This document shows positions 24,561-32,000 of a DNA stretch of 32,000 nt, one piece after another. Under the pieces are notes generated by a model. The model had not been told where the DNA came from and searched no databases. It was given only the letters and a program-made list of their open reading frames with translations. Made by a program: the position numbers and the translations under genes. Each line of letters begins with the position of its first letter. Positions within the stretch are counted from its first letter, which is position 1. The DNA comes from Synechococcus sp. A15-24 (GTDB lineage: Bacteria; Cyanobacteriota; Cyanobacteriia; PCC-6307; Cyanobiaceae): positions 2,220,001 through 2,252,000 of the forward strand of contig NZ_CP047960.1 in assembly GCF_014280195.1 (NCBI RefSeq), read 5' to 3'.

Positions 24561-25794
24561 GCCCTATGGACGCGAAGGGCTCCCCCTGGAGGAGGCACGT
24601 CGACGGGTTCTGGCGGCGCTTCAGCCGATCACAGCCAGCAACACAGTGCCGCTGCAGCAGGCCCTCGGCCGGGTGAGCGCAGCGGCTGTGCTCGCCAGCG
24701 AGGCCGTTCCGGGGTTTAGAGCCTCGATCATGGATGGCTATGCCCTGGGGCAGAGCCACCAGCCCAAACCTGGGGACACCTGGCAACTGAAGGGACGCTC
24801 CGCCGCCGGCCAACCCTTCAGCGGGACCCTGACCAACGGCGATGCGATCCGCATCCTCACCGGCGCTCCACTGCCGGACGGTGCCGGCTGGGTACTGCCC
24901 CAGGAACTGATCTCCGTTGACGGCAGCAGCCTGCAGCTAGCGAAAGAAGCGTCGGATCGTTCCTGGGTTCGCCCCGAAGATGAGGAATGCCGGCCTGGGG
25001 ACCTACTTCTGGCCGCTGGACAGCGACTGGGTGCCGCCGATCTCGCACGCCTCGCCGGCTGCGGCATCGCCGACCTAACCGTTGCGCAACAACCACGCAT
25101 CGGGCTGCTGATCAGCGGGGACGAGCTGGTGCCACCAGGAACAGCGCGGCAACCCGGTGCCATCTGGGAGAGCAACGGCACGCTTCTGGAGACGATGCTC
25201 CGGGCCCTCGGTCAATCGGTGACCCAGCGACAGGTGGTGGCCGATCAACCCGACGCCCTGCGCCAGGCCCTGCTGGATCTGGCACATGACTGCGACGTGG
25301 TGGTGAGCACCGGCGGCGTCTCCGCCGGCGACAGCGACTGGATCCGGCCGCTGGTGGCGGAGCTGGGTGCCGTGGACTTCTGGAAACTGTTCTTGCGCCC
25401 GGGGCGCCCCTTCGCCTTCGGCAGCATCGGTGACGGCGTGCCGTTTTTCGGACTGCCGGGCAATCCCGTGGCGGCGGCGGTCACCGCCCTGCAACTGCTC
25501 TGGCCCGCCCTGCAGGTTCTGGAGGGCCAGAGCGAACCGGGGCTGTTCCCCCGGGTGATGGTGGAACTCGCCGACCCGTTGTCCCGCCGACCGGGACGGC
25601 CGGAACTGGCCCGGGCCCGCCTCGACACCAACGCCGCAGGAACACTTCTGGCACGGGTGGATGGCTCACAGGCTTCGTCCCGGATCGGTTCGCTGCAACA
25701 CGCCGATCTGCTGTTGGAACTGCCGGCAGAAGCAGGCCCACTCGAAAGCGGCACCCGTCTCTGGGCCCAGCTGATCCGTCAGCGGATTTTCTAA
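24544..25794 (+). CDS. moeA: Molybdopterin molybdenumtransferase MoeA
   Basis: 416 aa. Contains ...[16 protein letters not shown]..., ...[15 protein letters not shown]... and ...[10 protein letters not shown]... The GTG start overlaps the moaC 3' end by 17 nt. Confidence 0.9.
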   Translation: MSGSAEPYGREGLPLEEARRRVLAALQPITASNTVPLQQALGRVSAAAVLASEAVPGFRASIMDGYALGQSHQPKPGDTWQLKGRSAAGQPFSGTLTNGDAIRILTGAPLPDGAGWVLPQELISVDGSSLQLAKEASDRSWVRPEDEECRPGDLLLAAGQRLGAADLARLAGCGIADLTVAQQPRIGLLISGDELVPPGTARQPGAIWESNGTLLETMLRALGQSVTQRQVVADQPDALRQALLDLAHDCDVVVSTGGVSAGDSDWIRPLVAELGAVDFWKLFLRPGRPFAFGSIGDGVPFFGLPGNPVAAAVTALQLLWPALQVLEGQSEPGLFPRVMVELADPLSRRPGRPELARARLDTNAAGTLLARVDGSQASSRIGSLQHADLLLELPAEAGPLESGTRLWAQLIRQRIF

Positions 25795-26588
25795 GCCGCA
25801 GCAGGCCGAAAGCGGCGGCGCTCCCAGGCCATAAGCTGGCCCGATGCATCGAAATGGATACTGATCTGCTGAAACAGCGCATCGCCGAGACACCCACCGA
25901 TCTCGAGGCTGAAGGGCTCACTGGGGAGCTCACTGGGCACGGAGAACACCAAGCCGTCGAGCATCACAGCTGAGCAGTCGTTGTGCAACAGCTGGCTTGG
26001 ATCGAACAGCATCGGAGCTGCGTCCTCAGGCTTGCCGTTCACCCCCGCTTGCGGCCTGAGCATCTGCCGCTCGCCACTCCATCCATGTACCGGCGCCAGC
26101 AGGGCTTCGGGTGTCCCGCATGCGGGACGGTCGGGTTCGGGATCAGGACTGTTCAGGCAACGGAAACCCACCGCCCCAACACGCTGTAAAAGCCAATTGC
26201 CGTCGAGCGGTTCCCAGAGCAGCACCAGCATCGAGCGGGAACGTCCGCAGAACAGGTTGATCTCATGGCCGAAGCGGGGACGCTCGGGATCAAGCCCCCG
26301 GCTCGACTGACCTCCCGCCCCGGGGAACTGCCAACAGCCTCCACCAGCGTTGTAGGTGGCTCGGCTGATGGGATAGGTGGCCTGACCACCGGGGGCAAAG
26401 GCCAGACCCGAGCCATCCCACACCCCGTGGTCATCGTCGGAAAAGGAAATCGCGTAGGTGGTGGGGTCAATCCGACGGGTCGGACGCTGGAGATCCAGCC
26501 GACCGCTGCCATCCCGCTCAAACCAATGGCCACAGCCCTGCCAGTGACCGGCGAAATTGCGGCTGTTGAGGGTCCATTGATCGGTCAT
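25791..26588 (-). CDS. Conserved hypothetical protein, possibly DUF3598-like
   Basis: 265-aa ORF with good G/C content at third-codon positions. The N-terminus MTDQWTLNSRNFAGHWQGCGHWF resembles the W..F..N.G.W.G pattern I associate with cyanobacterial DUF3598. That family call is from memory only. Confidence 0.45.
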   Translation of the reverse strand: MTDQWTLNSRNFAGHWQGCGHWFERDGSGRLDLQRPTRRIDPTTYAISFSDDDHGVWDGSGLAFAPGGQATYPISRATYNAGGGCWQFPGAGGQSSRGLDPERPRFGHEINLFCGRSRSMLVLLWEPLDGNWLLQRVGAVGFRCLNSPDPEPDRPACGTPEALLAPVHGWSGERQMLRPQAGVNGKPEDAAPMLFDPSQLLHNDCSAVMLDGLVFSVPSELPSEPFSLEIGGCLGDALFQQISIHFDASGQLMAWERRRFRPAAA

Positions 26589-26647
26589 GTCCGTGACGGC
26601 ATGAATCGGTCGATCTCCTTAGCGTCGCCCCAACAGCCATCCCAGCC

Positions 26648-27511
26648 ATGGACCTGACGATCGTTGGCTGCGGCTATGTGGGGCTTGCCCTGGCGGAGCG
26701 GCTGCAACCAAGACGTCCCCAGCTGAAGCTGACGCTCACCACCACCAGCAGAGAACGGCTGGCGCAACTCAGCCCTCTGGCCGATCGGGTGGAGCTGTGC
26801 GATGCCACCGACCCCGTGCAATTGCTGGCCGCCCTGCGGCAGAGCAGCAGCGCCGTGTTCTGTCTTGGGCCTAAAGGAGATCGCCAGGTGGATGCCAACG
26901 GCTACCGCCACACCTTCATCGACAGCTTCTGCTGCCTGACGTCGCTGTTGCCACAACTCCCGGAACTGCGGCAGATCGTCTACACGGGCAGTTGCTCGGT
27001 GTACGGCGATGCCGAGGGGGACTGGGTGGATGAGCAAACACCGCCCGCACCAGACCGCGGCCATGGCGATGTTCTGCTGGAAGGCGAACAACTGCTCAGC
27101 GGCATCAGCGACCGGCGGGTATGCATCCTGCGCCTCGGGGCGCTCTATGGCCCTGGCCGCGATCTCGATCGACGGCTGCGCGGGCTCGCCGGACTGGAAC
27201 GCCCTGGCAGCGGAGCGACTTTCAGCAACTGGCTGCATGTGGCGGATGCCGCCGGTGCCCTGGAAGCAGCTCTCGATGCTGAATGGGCCGGTCTGGTGAA
27301 CGTGGTCAACGACGAGCCGATTCAGCTGCGAGACCTGGTAGGGCGCAGCCTGCAGCGCCAGGGCCTGGCCCCCGTGCGCTGGCTGGGGCAGGACAAACCG
27401 GGTTCAGGGGGCCGACGGATTCGCAACACCCGGCTCAAACAGCTGGGCTACCAACTGCAGCACCCGCGCCTTGATCAGAGTGGCGTGTTGGCCACCAGCC
27501 AGGTGCCCTGA
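26648..27511 (+). CDS. NAD(P)-binding Rossmann-fold protein, epimerase/dehydratase (atypical SDR) family
   Basis: MDLTIVGCGYVGLALAERL contains the GxGxxG motif, and ...YTGSCSVYGD... is an SxxVYG-type motif. 287 aa. Confidence 0.7.
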   Translation: MDLTIVGCGYVGLALAERLQPRRPQLKLTLTTTSRERLAQLSPLADRVELCDATDPVQLLAALRQSSSAVFCLGPKGDRQVDANGYRHTFIDSFCCLTSLLPQLPELRQIVYTGSCSVYGDAEGDWVDEQTPPAPDRGHGDVLLEGEQLLSGISDRRVCILRLGALYGPGRDLDRRLRGLAGLERPGSGATFSNWLHVADAAGALEAALDAEWAGLVNVVNDEPIQLRDLVGRSLQRQGLAPVRWLGQDKPGSGGRRIRNTRLKQLGYQLQHPRLDQSGVLATSQVP

Positions 27512-27903
27512 CCAGCGCACCACTCCCGCTTCCAGAACGGGGCGTGGTGCTTGAGTTGCTCCAACAACGCGGCTGAGCAGCGCTGCGCCGCTCCACGACG
27601 ATCGGCCTGCACCGCCACCAGCACGATCGGTTCACCGGGGGCAAGCTTGCCCACGCGATGCAACACCAAAATCGGCCCCGCCTGGTGCTCCTGCTGCAGA
27701 CGCTGGGCCATGGCTGTGATCTGACGTTCGCAGAGGCCGGGGAAGTGCTCCAGCTCCAGCGCCTCCAGAGGCCTGCCATCCATCGTGGTGGGCCGCACCC
27801 GACCGATGAAGATGGCCTCGGCCGCGGCATCCCCACACCAGAGCGCAAGCTGCTGCCACGGATCAAAGGGATCCGGGCACACCTCCACACGGCAACCGGT
27901 CAT
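27475..27903 (-). CDS. moaE: Molybdopterin synthase catalytic subunit MoaE
   Basis: 142 aa. ...IFIGRVRP...LELEHFPGLCERQI...VLHRVGKLAPGEPIVLVAV...HHAPFWKRE... is MoaE-typical. Starts 3 nt after the moaD stop. Confidence 0.88.
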   Translation of the reverse strand: MTGCRVEVCPDPFDPWQQLALWCGDAAAEAIFIGRVRPTTMDGRPLEALELEHFPGLCERQITAMAQRLQQEHQAGPILVLHRVGKLAPGEPIVLVAVQADRRGAAQRCSAALLEQLKHHAPFWKREWCAGQGTWLVANTPL

Positions 27904-27906
27904 GGT

Positions 27907-28137
27907 TCATCCCCCCGTGAACGGTGGCAGAAAGGCCAGCTCATCTCCAGCCTGCAACGGCTGATTGGCACCGACCAACTCCTGGTTCACCGCAATGCTG
28001 ATGCCCTCGAGCGGACCAAGATCCAACTGGTTCCAGACCTCACGGGCCGTCGAAACGCCTGAAGTGAACGGAAGGGAACGCTCGCCCCAACCGGAGCGTT
28101 CGCGCAGGGATGCGAACAGCAACACCCGGAGCACCAT
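27907..28137 (-). CDS. moaD: Molybdopterin synthase sulfur-carrier subunit MoaD
   Basis: 76 aa, MVLRVLLFASLRERSGW...GDELAFLPPFTGG, ending in the obligatory C-terminal Gly-Gly. This is only the 3' 231 nt of the 251-aa track ORF. The rest of that ORF is antisense to moaB. Confidence 0.88.
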   Translation of the reverse strand: MVLRVLLFASLRERSGWGERSLPFTSGVSTAREVWNQLDLGPLEGISIAVNQELVGANQPLQAGDELAFLPPFTGG

Positions 28138-28188
28138 GACCTTCCCATCTGGAGCGGTTCTAGCGTCCGAAGGCTCCGCCGCTGTGCC

Positions 28189-28686
28189 ATGGCCCTGTCC
28201 ATCGCCCTGCTCACCATCTCCGACACACGCAGCCTGGCGGACGACAGCAGCGGAGATCAGCTGCAGCGCAGCCTTGAAGCCGCCGGCCATCGCCTTCACG
28301 AGCGACAACTCTGCCCGGATGATCGTTATCAGATCCGCCGTGAACTGAGCCGCTGGATCGCCGATCCCGCGGTTGATGTGATGATCACCAGCGGCGGCAC
28401 CGGACTCACCGGCCGTGATGGCACCCCTGAAGCGGTGGTACCGCTGCTGGACAAAACAATCGAGGGATTCGGGGAACTGTTCCGTGTGCTCTCCTTCGAG
28501 AGCATTGGCACCAGCACGCTGCAAAGCCGCTGCCTTGCCGGCGTGGCCAACGGCACCTTTGTGTTTGTGCTGCCGGGATCTCTGGATGCGGTAACCACCG
28601 CTTGGGACAAGCTCATCCGTGCTCAGCTTGATGAACAGACCCGTCCCTGCAACCTGGCCCAACTGCGGGCTCGCTTGAAGGAATAA
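28189..28686 (+). CDS. moaB: Molybdenum cofactor biosynthesis protein MoaB (MoaB/Mog family)
   Basis: 165 aa. MALSIALLTISDTRS...VDVMITSGGTGLTGRDGTPEA...FVFVLPGS... Divergent from moaD across a 51-nt spacer. Confidence 0.88.
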   Translation: MALSIALLTISDTRSLADDSSGDQLQRSLEAAGHRLHERQLCPDDRYQIRRELSRWIADPAVDVMITSGGTGLTGRDGTPEAVVPLLDKTIEGFGELFRVLSFESIGTSTLQSRCLAGVANGTFVFVLPGSLDAVTTAWDKLIRAQLDEQTRPCNLAQLRARLKE

Positions 28687-28707
28687 AGCGGGATCGAGGG
28701 GAGCTGT

Positions 28708-29496
28708 TCAGAACGGAATCGGCATCGTGACCGCTGCCGGTGAGGGCCTGCAAGCTTCAACCTGCTGATCAATCACCTCACCCACCACAACGATCGAGGG
28801 CGACTTGAAGGCTTCGGCTCGGCATTGATCGGCAACGTCTACCAAGGTGGCTTTGAGGCAGCGTTGCCCCGCCACCGTCCCCTGCTGGATCACCGCCACG
28901 GGGGTTGTCGCGGCCAAACCACCCGCCATCAGCTCCTTTGCGATCCGGGGCAGGTTATGTAGCCCCATGTAGATCACCAATCCGTCACTGGCCGTGGCCA
29001 AAGCGCGCCAATCCACGGAGGGACGGCGCTTGTCGATTTCCTCATGACCGGTGACGAAGGTCACCGATGAGCCCGCCCGCCGGTGGGTGACGGGAATCCC
29101 GGCGTAGGCAGGGGCGGCAATACCAGCGGTGACACCAGGCACCACTTGAACAGGGATGTTTCGCTCCGCCAGGTAAGCCGCTTCTTCCCCTCCACGACCA
29201 AACAGGAAAGGATCACCCCCCTTCAAACGCACCACCGTGCTGTGCTTCTGGGCCATTTCAACGAGCACGGCATTCGTGCTGGGTTGTGGCACCGAATGAT
29301 GTCCGCGACGCTTGCCGACAAAACGGCGCTTACAGGACGCCGGCACAAGATCCAGCACTTCTCTGGGCACCAGCGAGTCGTACACCAGGGCATCGCACTG
29401 GCTCAGCAGCCGATGCGCCTTCAGCGTGAGCAATTCGGGATCGCCGGGACCGGCTCCCACCAGATAAACGGTTCCGGTTTGTTCAGCGGTGGTCAC
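28708..29496 (-). CDS. cobA: Uroporphyrinogen-III C-methyltransferase (siroheme branch)
   Basis: 262 aa. ...TVYLVGAGPGDPELLTLKAHRLLSQCDALVYDSLV...RLKGGDPFLFGRGGEE... The ATG overlaps the upstream stop (ATGA-type 4-nt overlap). Confidence 0.9.
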   Translation of the reverse strand: MTTAEQTGTVYLVGAGPGDPELLTLKAHRLLSQCDALVYDSLVPREVLDLVPASCKRRFVGKRRGHHSVPQPSTNAVLVEMAQKHSTVVRLKGGDPFLFGRGGEEAAYLAERNIPVQVVPGVTAGIAAPAYAGIPVTHRRAGSSVTFVTGHEEIDKRRPSVDWRALATASDGLVIYMGLHNLPRIAKELMAGGLAATTPVAVIQQGTVAGQRCLKATLVDVADQCRAEAFKSPSIVVVGEVIDQQVEACRPSPAAVTMPIPF

Positions 29497-30155
29497 GGCA
29501 GAGAAACAAGCAGATCGATCAGGGCCTGGCGGGTGGGGGGATGCTCCAACAGAGGAGGCAATCCACCAGCTTCGCTCAATGCCTCCGTCATGCGGTTCGG
29601 GGCGAGGGTTAACGGGAGTGGGCGGGCGCAGGGATGGCGCTGCTGATACTTGGGCCAGGCATCAAAGGCAGCCAATGGCAAGGCCAGGCGAGAGGAGAGC
29701 ATCGCGAGGAAGCGATCCGCCACTCCCGGGCGCAGGGGGTGGTGCACCAGCACGGCATCACGGCGCTCAGACACCGGCAGTGCTGAGATCACCGCGTTCC
29801 ACCAGGTGATCCAGGAGCCCAGAAAGGGAAGCAAACGCACGCTGGCCCCGGCGGCATGAAGCCTGTTGCGAATCGCCGGCACGTCCGTTCGGGCATGCGC
29901 TCCAGGCAACAACAGCAACGGAATAATCCAAGAGGGTTGGGGAAGCGCCGACACGGGTTGTTCAGCCGTCAGCACCTCCAGCTGAACGGGCGCCGATCGC
30001 CGCTGGGCCAGGAGATCCGGCAGGGAGGCCAAGCAGTCGGGAACGACACCGCCACTACGGCCATGCACCACCAGATGCAACCCTTGACGCCCCCGATCGG
30101 AAGCGTCATTCCGTAGCAATGGCCACGGATCAAAAAAAGAGCTATCTGATGTCAT
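29493..30155 (-). CDS. cbiX: CbiX/SirB-like sirohydrochlorin chelatase
   Basis: ...LHLVVHGRSGG... and ...IIPLLLLPGAHARTDVPAI... resemble the two CbiX half-motifs. Coupled to cobA and divergent from nirA, which fits a role in siroheme supply. I prefer the ATG at 30155 over the track's 30200. Confidence 0.55.
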   Translation of the reverse strand: MTSDSSFFDPWPLLRNDASDRGRQGLHLVVHGRSGGVVPDCLASLPDLLAQRRSAPVQLEVLTAEQPVSALPQPSWIIPLLLLPGAHARTDVPAIRNRLHAAGASVRLLPFLGSWITWWNAVISALPVSERRDAVLVHHPLRPGVADRFLAMLSSRLALPLAAFDAWPKYQQRHPCARPLPLTLAPNRMTEALSEAGGLPPLLEHPPTRQALIDLLVSLP

Positions 30156-30715
30156 CGAGAAGTAATGACCTGGGGTAAGTACATGGCACCTCGCCAACAA
30201 AACGAACGTGCATCATTGGAAAGTCGTTTCTACCGGGCACAGACACGTCGGCGCTTTGACCTAAGCTCTACATTAATTGAATTTAAGAGTCCAAGTATGC
30301 GCAAAAGGGCAAAGCCGTACGACAAGAGTTACAGACGGCAATACGAGCGGAATCGTAATTCCATCAACAGAACAACTTTTGAGTACGAACTAGAAAAGGA
30401 CGTAGCCGCTTAGAAGCCGGTTTGGCAAATGATCTGTTCGGGAGCTGCCCGCATGCTGAACAGAGTTTTACATCAGATTTAAATCTATAAAATGAATAGC
30501 ATAGATCGCACAGGAAAAAGAATATAAAATCAACAGGGAAGCTGGGAGTCTAAAAAACCAACATTGTGCTAATATATTTCTTAAGTAGCTCGAGAAATCG
30601 AAGGTTACTTCACTATCGCACGCTTTCATTATTACGTAGCGACAAAGGTCCCCGGGCCGATTAAACTGATCTACTACATTTTTTGATCGATCAGTCCGCC
30701 CTATTTTCATGAATC

Positions 30716-32000
30716 ATGACCATCAAAAACCAAATCAACCCCTACTTCGCAGAAAAAAAATTGAATAAGATTGAAAAAAGTAAGTTGGAAAAAGATGGGC
30801 TTTTAGTAGGAAGCGAAATCGAAAAGTTTGCAAAAATTGGGTGGGAAAATATGGATGAAACCGATTTAAAACTCCGTCTGAAATGGTATGGAATGTTCTG
30901 GCGTCCGAAAACACCCGGAAAATTCATGCTAAGACTTAGAATACCAAATGGTGTATTGACATCCAATCAAATACGAGTTGTAGCTTCAATAGTTGAACGT
31001 TATGGAGAAAATGGAAGCTGCGACATCACCACAAGGCAAAACCTGCAACTTAGAGGAATACTATTATGCGATCTTCCCGAGATCCTTAGAAGACTGCGTG
31101 AAGCCGGACTAAGTAGCGTCCAGTCGGGCTTTGATAATCCACGAAACGTAACCGGCAATCCACTCGCAGGAATAGATCCGAACGAAATCGTCGATACGAG
31201 ACCTTACACAACTAAATTGCAGAACTTTCTCACAAATAATTGTGAGGGAAATTCGGAATATTCCAACCTACCGAGAAAATGGAACACAGCAGTCGCAGGG
31301 TCTAAAGACAATTTCCTTCTTCACAACGACATAGTGTTTCATCCCGTTGAGAATAACGGCGTGATGGGTTTTAGCATCTGGATTGGAGGGATTTTATCTC
31401 CACAGATGAACGCATATGCATTTCCCATGAATGTATGGGTATTACCTGACGAGATCTGCAACATTTTGGATACTGTGATTCGTCTCTGGAGAGACAATGG
31501 AGAAAGAGAAAAGAGAACCAAAGGACGTTTCCGCATGTATCTCGATGAGATAGGGCACGAAGAATTCCGCAGCCAAGTGGAAAAACTGTACGGAACACTC
31601 ACTCCCGATCCAGGCTCAATATTCGAAAACTCTCCACGCTCTCACTTCGGCATTAATCAGCAGAAACAAGCCGGACTTTATTTTGCTGGCATACACGTGC
31701 CGGTCGGTCGCCTCACGGCAGAGGATCTACAAGATATCGCAACAGCGAGTCTCAAATATGGAAATGGAGAAATTAGACTCACAGAAGACCAAAATATAAT
31801 TATCACAGGTCTTACGAGTGAAAAAGTTGAAGAATTAAAGACTGATACATTAATGCAGCGTTTCCCCCTAGCACCTAGCAATATTTCAGCAGGAACAGTG
31901 TCCTGCACGGGAAATACGTACTGTAGTTTTGCGCTTACCAACACTAAAGACCAAGCCTTAAAAGCAGCAAAGGAACTTGACGAGGAGTTGAACCTACCTG
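30716..32000 (+). CDS. nirA: Ferredoxin-nitrite reductase NirA (3' end cut by window edge; 428 codons present)
   Basis: Absent from the ORF track. My translation from ATG 30716 (an in-frame TGA lies two codons upstream, at 30710-30712) stays open to the window end: MTIKNQINPYFAEKKLNKIEKSKLEKDGLLVGSEIEKFAKIGWENMDETDLKLRLKWYGMFWRPKTPGKFMLRLRIPNGVLTSNQIRVVASIVERYGENGSCDITTRQNLQLRGI...NPRNVTGNPLAGID...GTVSCTGNTYCSFAL... The last stretch is the siroheme/4Fe-4S Cys motif. Confidence 0.92.
   Translation, partial: MTIKNQINPYFAEKKLNKIEKSKLEKDGLLVGSEIEKFAKIGWENMDETDLKLRLKWYGMFWRPKTPGKFMLRLRIPNGVLTSNQIRVVASIVERYGENGSCDITTRQNLQLRGILLCDLPEILRRLREAGLSSVQSGFDNPRNVTGNPLAGIDPNEIVDTRPYTTKLQNFLTNNCEGNSEYSNLPRKWNTAVAGSKDNFLLHNDIVFHPVENNGVMGFSIWIGGILSPQMNAYAFPMNVWVLPDEICNILDTVIRLWRDNGEREKRTKGRFRMYLDEIGHEEFRSQVEKLYGTLTPDPGSIFENSPRSHFGINQQKQAGLYFAGIHVPVGRLTAEDLQDIATASLKYGNGEIRLTEDQNIIITGLTSEKVEELKTDTLMQRFPLAPSNISAGTVSCTGNTYCSFALTNTKDQALKAAKELDEELNLP

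Noticed and set aside
27907-28662. 251-aa minus-strand ORF spanning moaD and the whole of moaB
   Set aside because: Only the last 76 codons (27907..28137) form a MoaD with the GG terminus. The upstream part is antisense to a clear plus-strand MoaB and has no recognisable features.
30636-30667. GTAGCGACAAAGGT followed by TAAACT, as a possible NtcA-type nirA promoter
   Set aside because: The right half-site is absent (GGT instead of TAC). The -10-like box is only 12 nt from the site, instead of about 20-23 nt.
30468-31944. Minus-strand track ORFs 30468..30710, 30742..30966, 31339..31602, 31371..31598 and 31678..31944
   Set aside because: They lie in the AT-rich nirA promoter or antisense to the clearly coding nirA frame. 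Their products are Phe/Ser/Ile/Leu-rich low-complexity sequences expected from antisense AT-rich DNA.
1-32000. Search for mobile elements, CRISPR arrays, tRNA/rRNA genes or phage genes that could explain the GC cliff
   Set aside because: I found no direct or inverted terminal repeats, no repeat-spacer periodicity, no integrase or transposase-like ORF, and no tRNA-like structure. The only compositional break is at about 30150. Its far boundary lies outside the window.

Overview
The window reads as a nitrogen-assimilation supercluster from a high-GC picocyanobacterium, most like a marine Synechococcus. That assignment is inferred from gene content and order only.

Gene order, left to right:
- ureG-ureF-ureE (minus strand) diverge from ureD-ureA-ureB-ureC (plus strand).
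- A perfect NtcA box (TGTA-N8-TACA) sits in front of a small DUF4278-type repeat protein.
- A tightly packed 7-gene minus-strand operon of unknown function follows: micro-membrane ORF, Na+/solute symporter, second micro-membrane ORF, PyrB-like carbamoyltransferase whose aspartate pocket is not conserved, long AsnB-type amidotransferase, M20 carbamoylase-type amidohydrolase, and a DUF1028 Ntn-hydrolase.
- Next comes the uncharacterised triad of circularly permuted ATP-grasp, alpha-E and transglutaminase proteins.
- The nitrate/Moco module follows. On the minus strand: cupin, moaA, mobA. On the plus strand: nrtP(napA), narB. Then narM-like (minus), a membrane-anchored repeat protein, a Tat-signal beta-carbonic anhydrase translationally coupled to moaC-moeA, a DUF3598-like protein, an SDR, moaE, moaD, moaB, cobA and cbiX.
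- nirA comes last.

nirA and ureG both run off the window edges and are missing from the supplied ORF track. nirA lies beyond an abrupt GC cliff, from about 68% to about 35% in 60-nt lines I counted, with matching codon and amino-acid bias. This suggests an in-place xenologous replacement.

I saw no rRNA, tRNA, CRISPR array, transposase or integrase. Many long ORFs in the track are antisense artefacts of the high GC content.

Best candidates for undescribed biology:
- the symporter/PyrB-like/AsnB-like/M20/DUF1028 operon
- the low-GC nirA replacement
- the ATP-grasp triad
- the exported beta-CA embedded in the Moco operon
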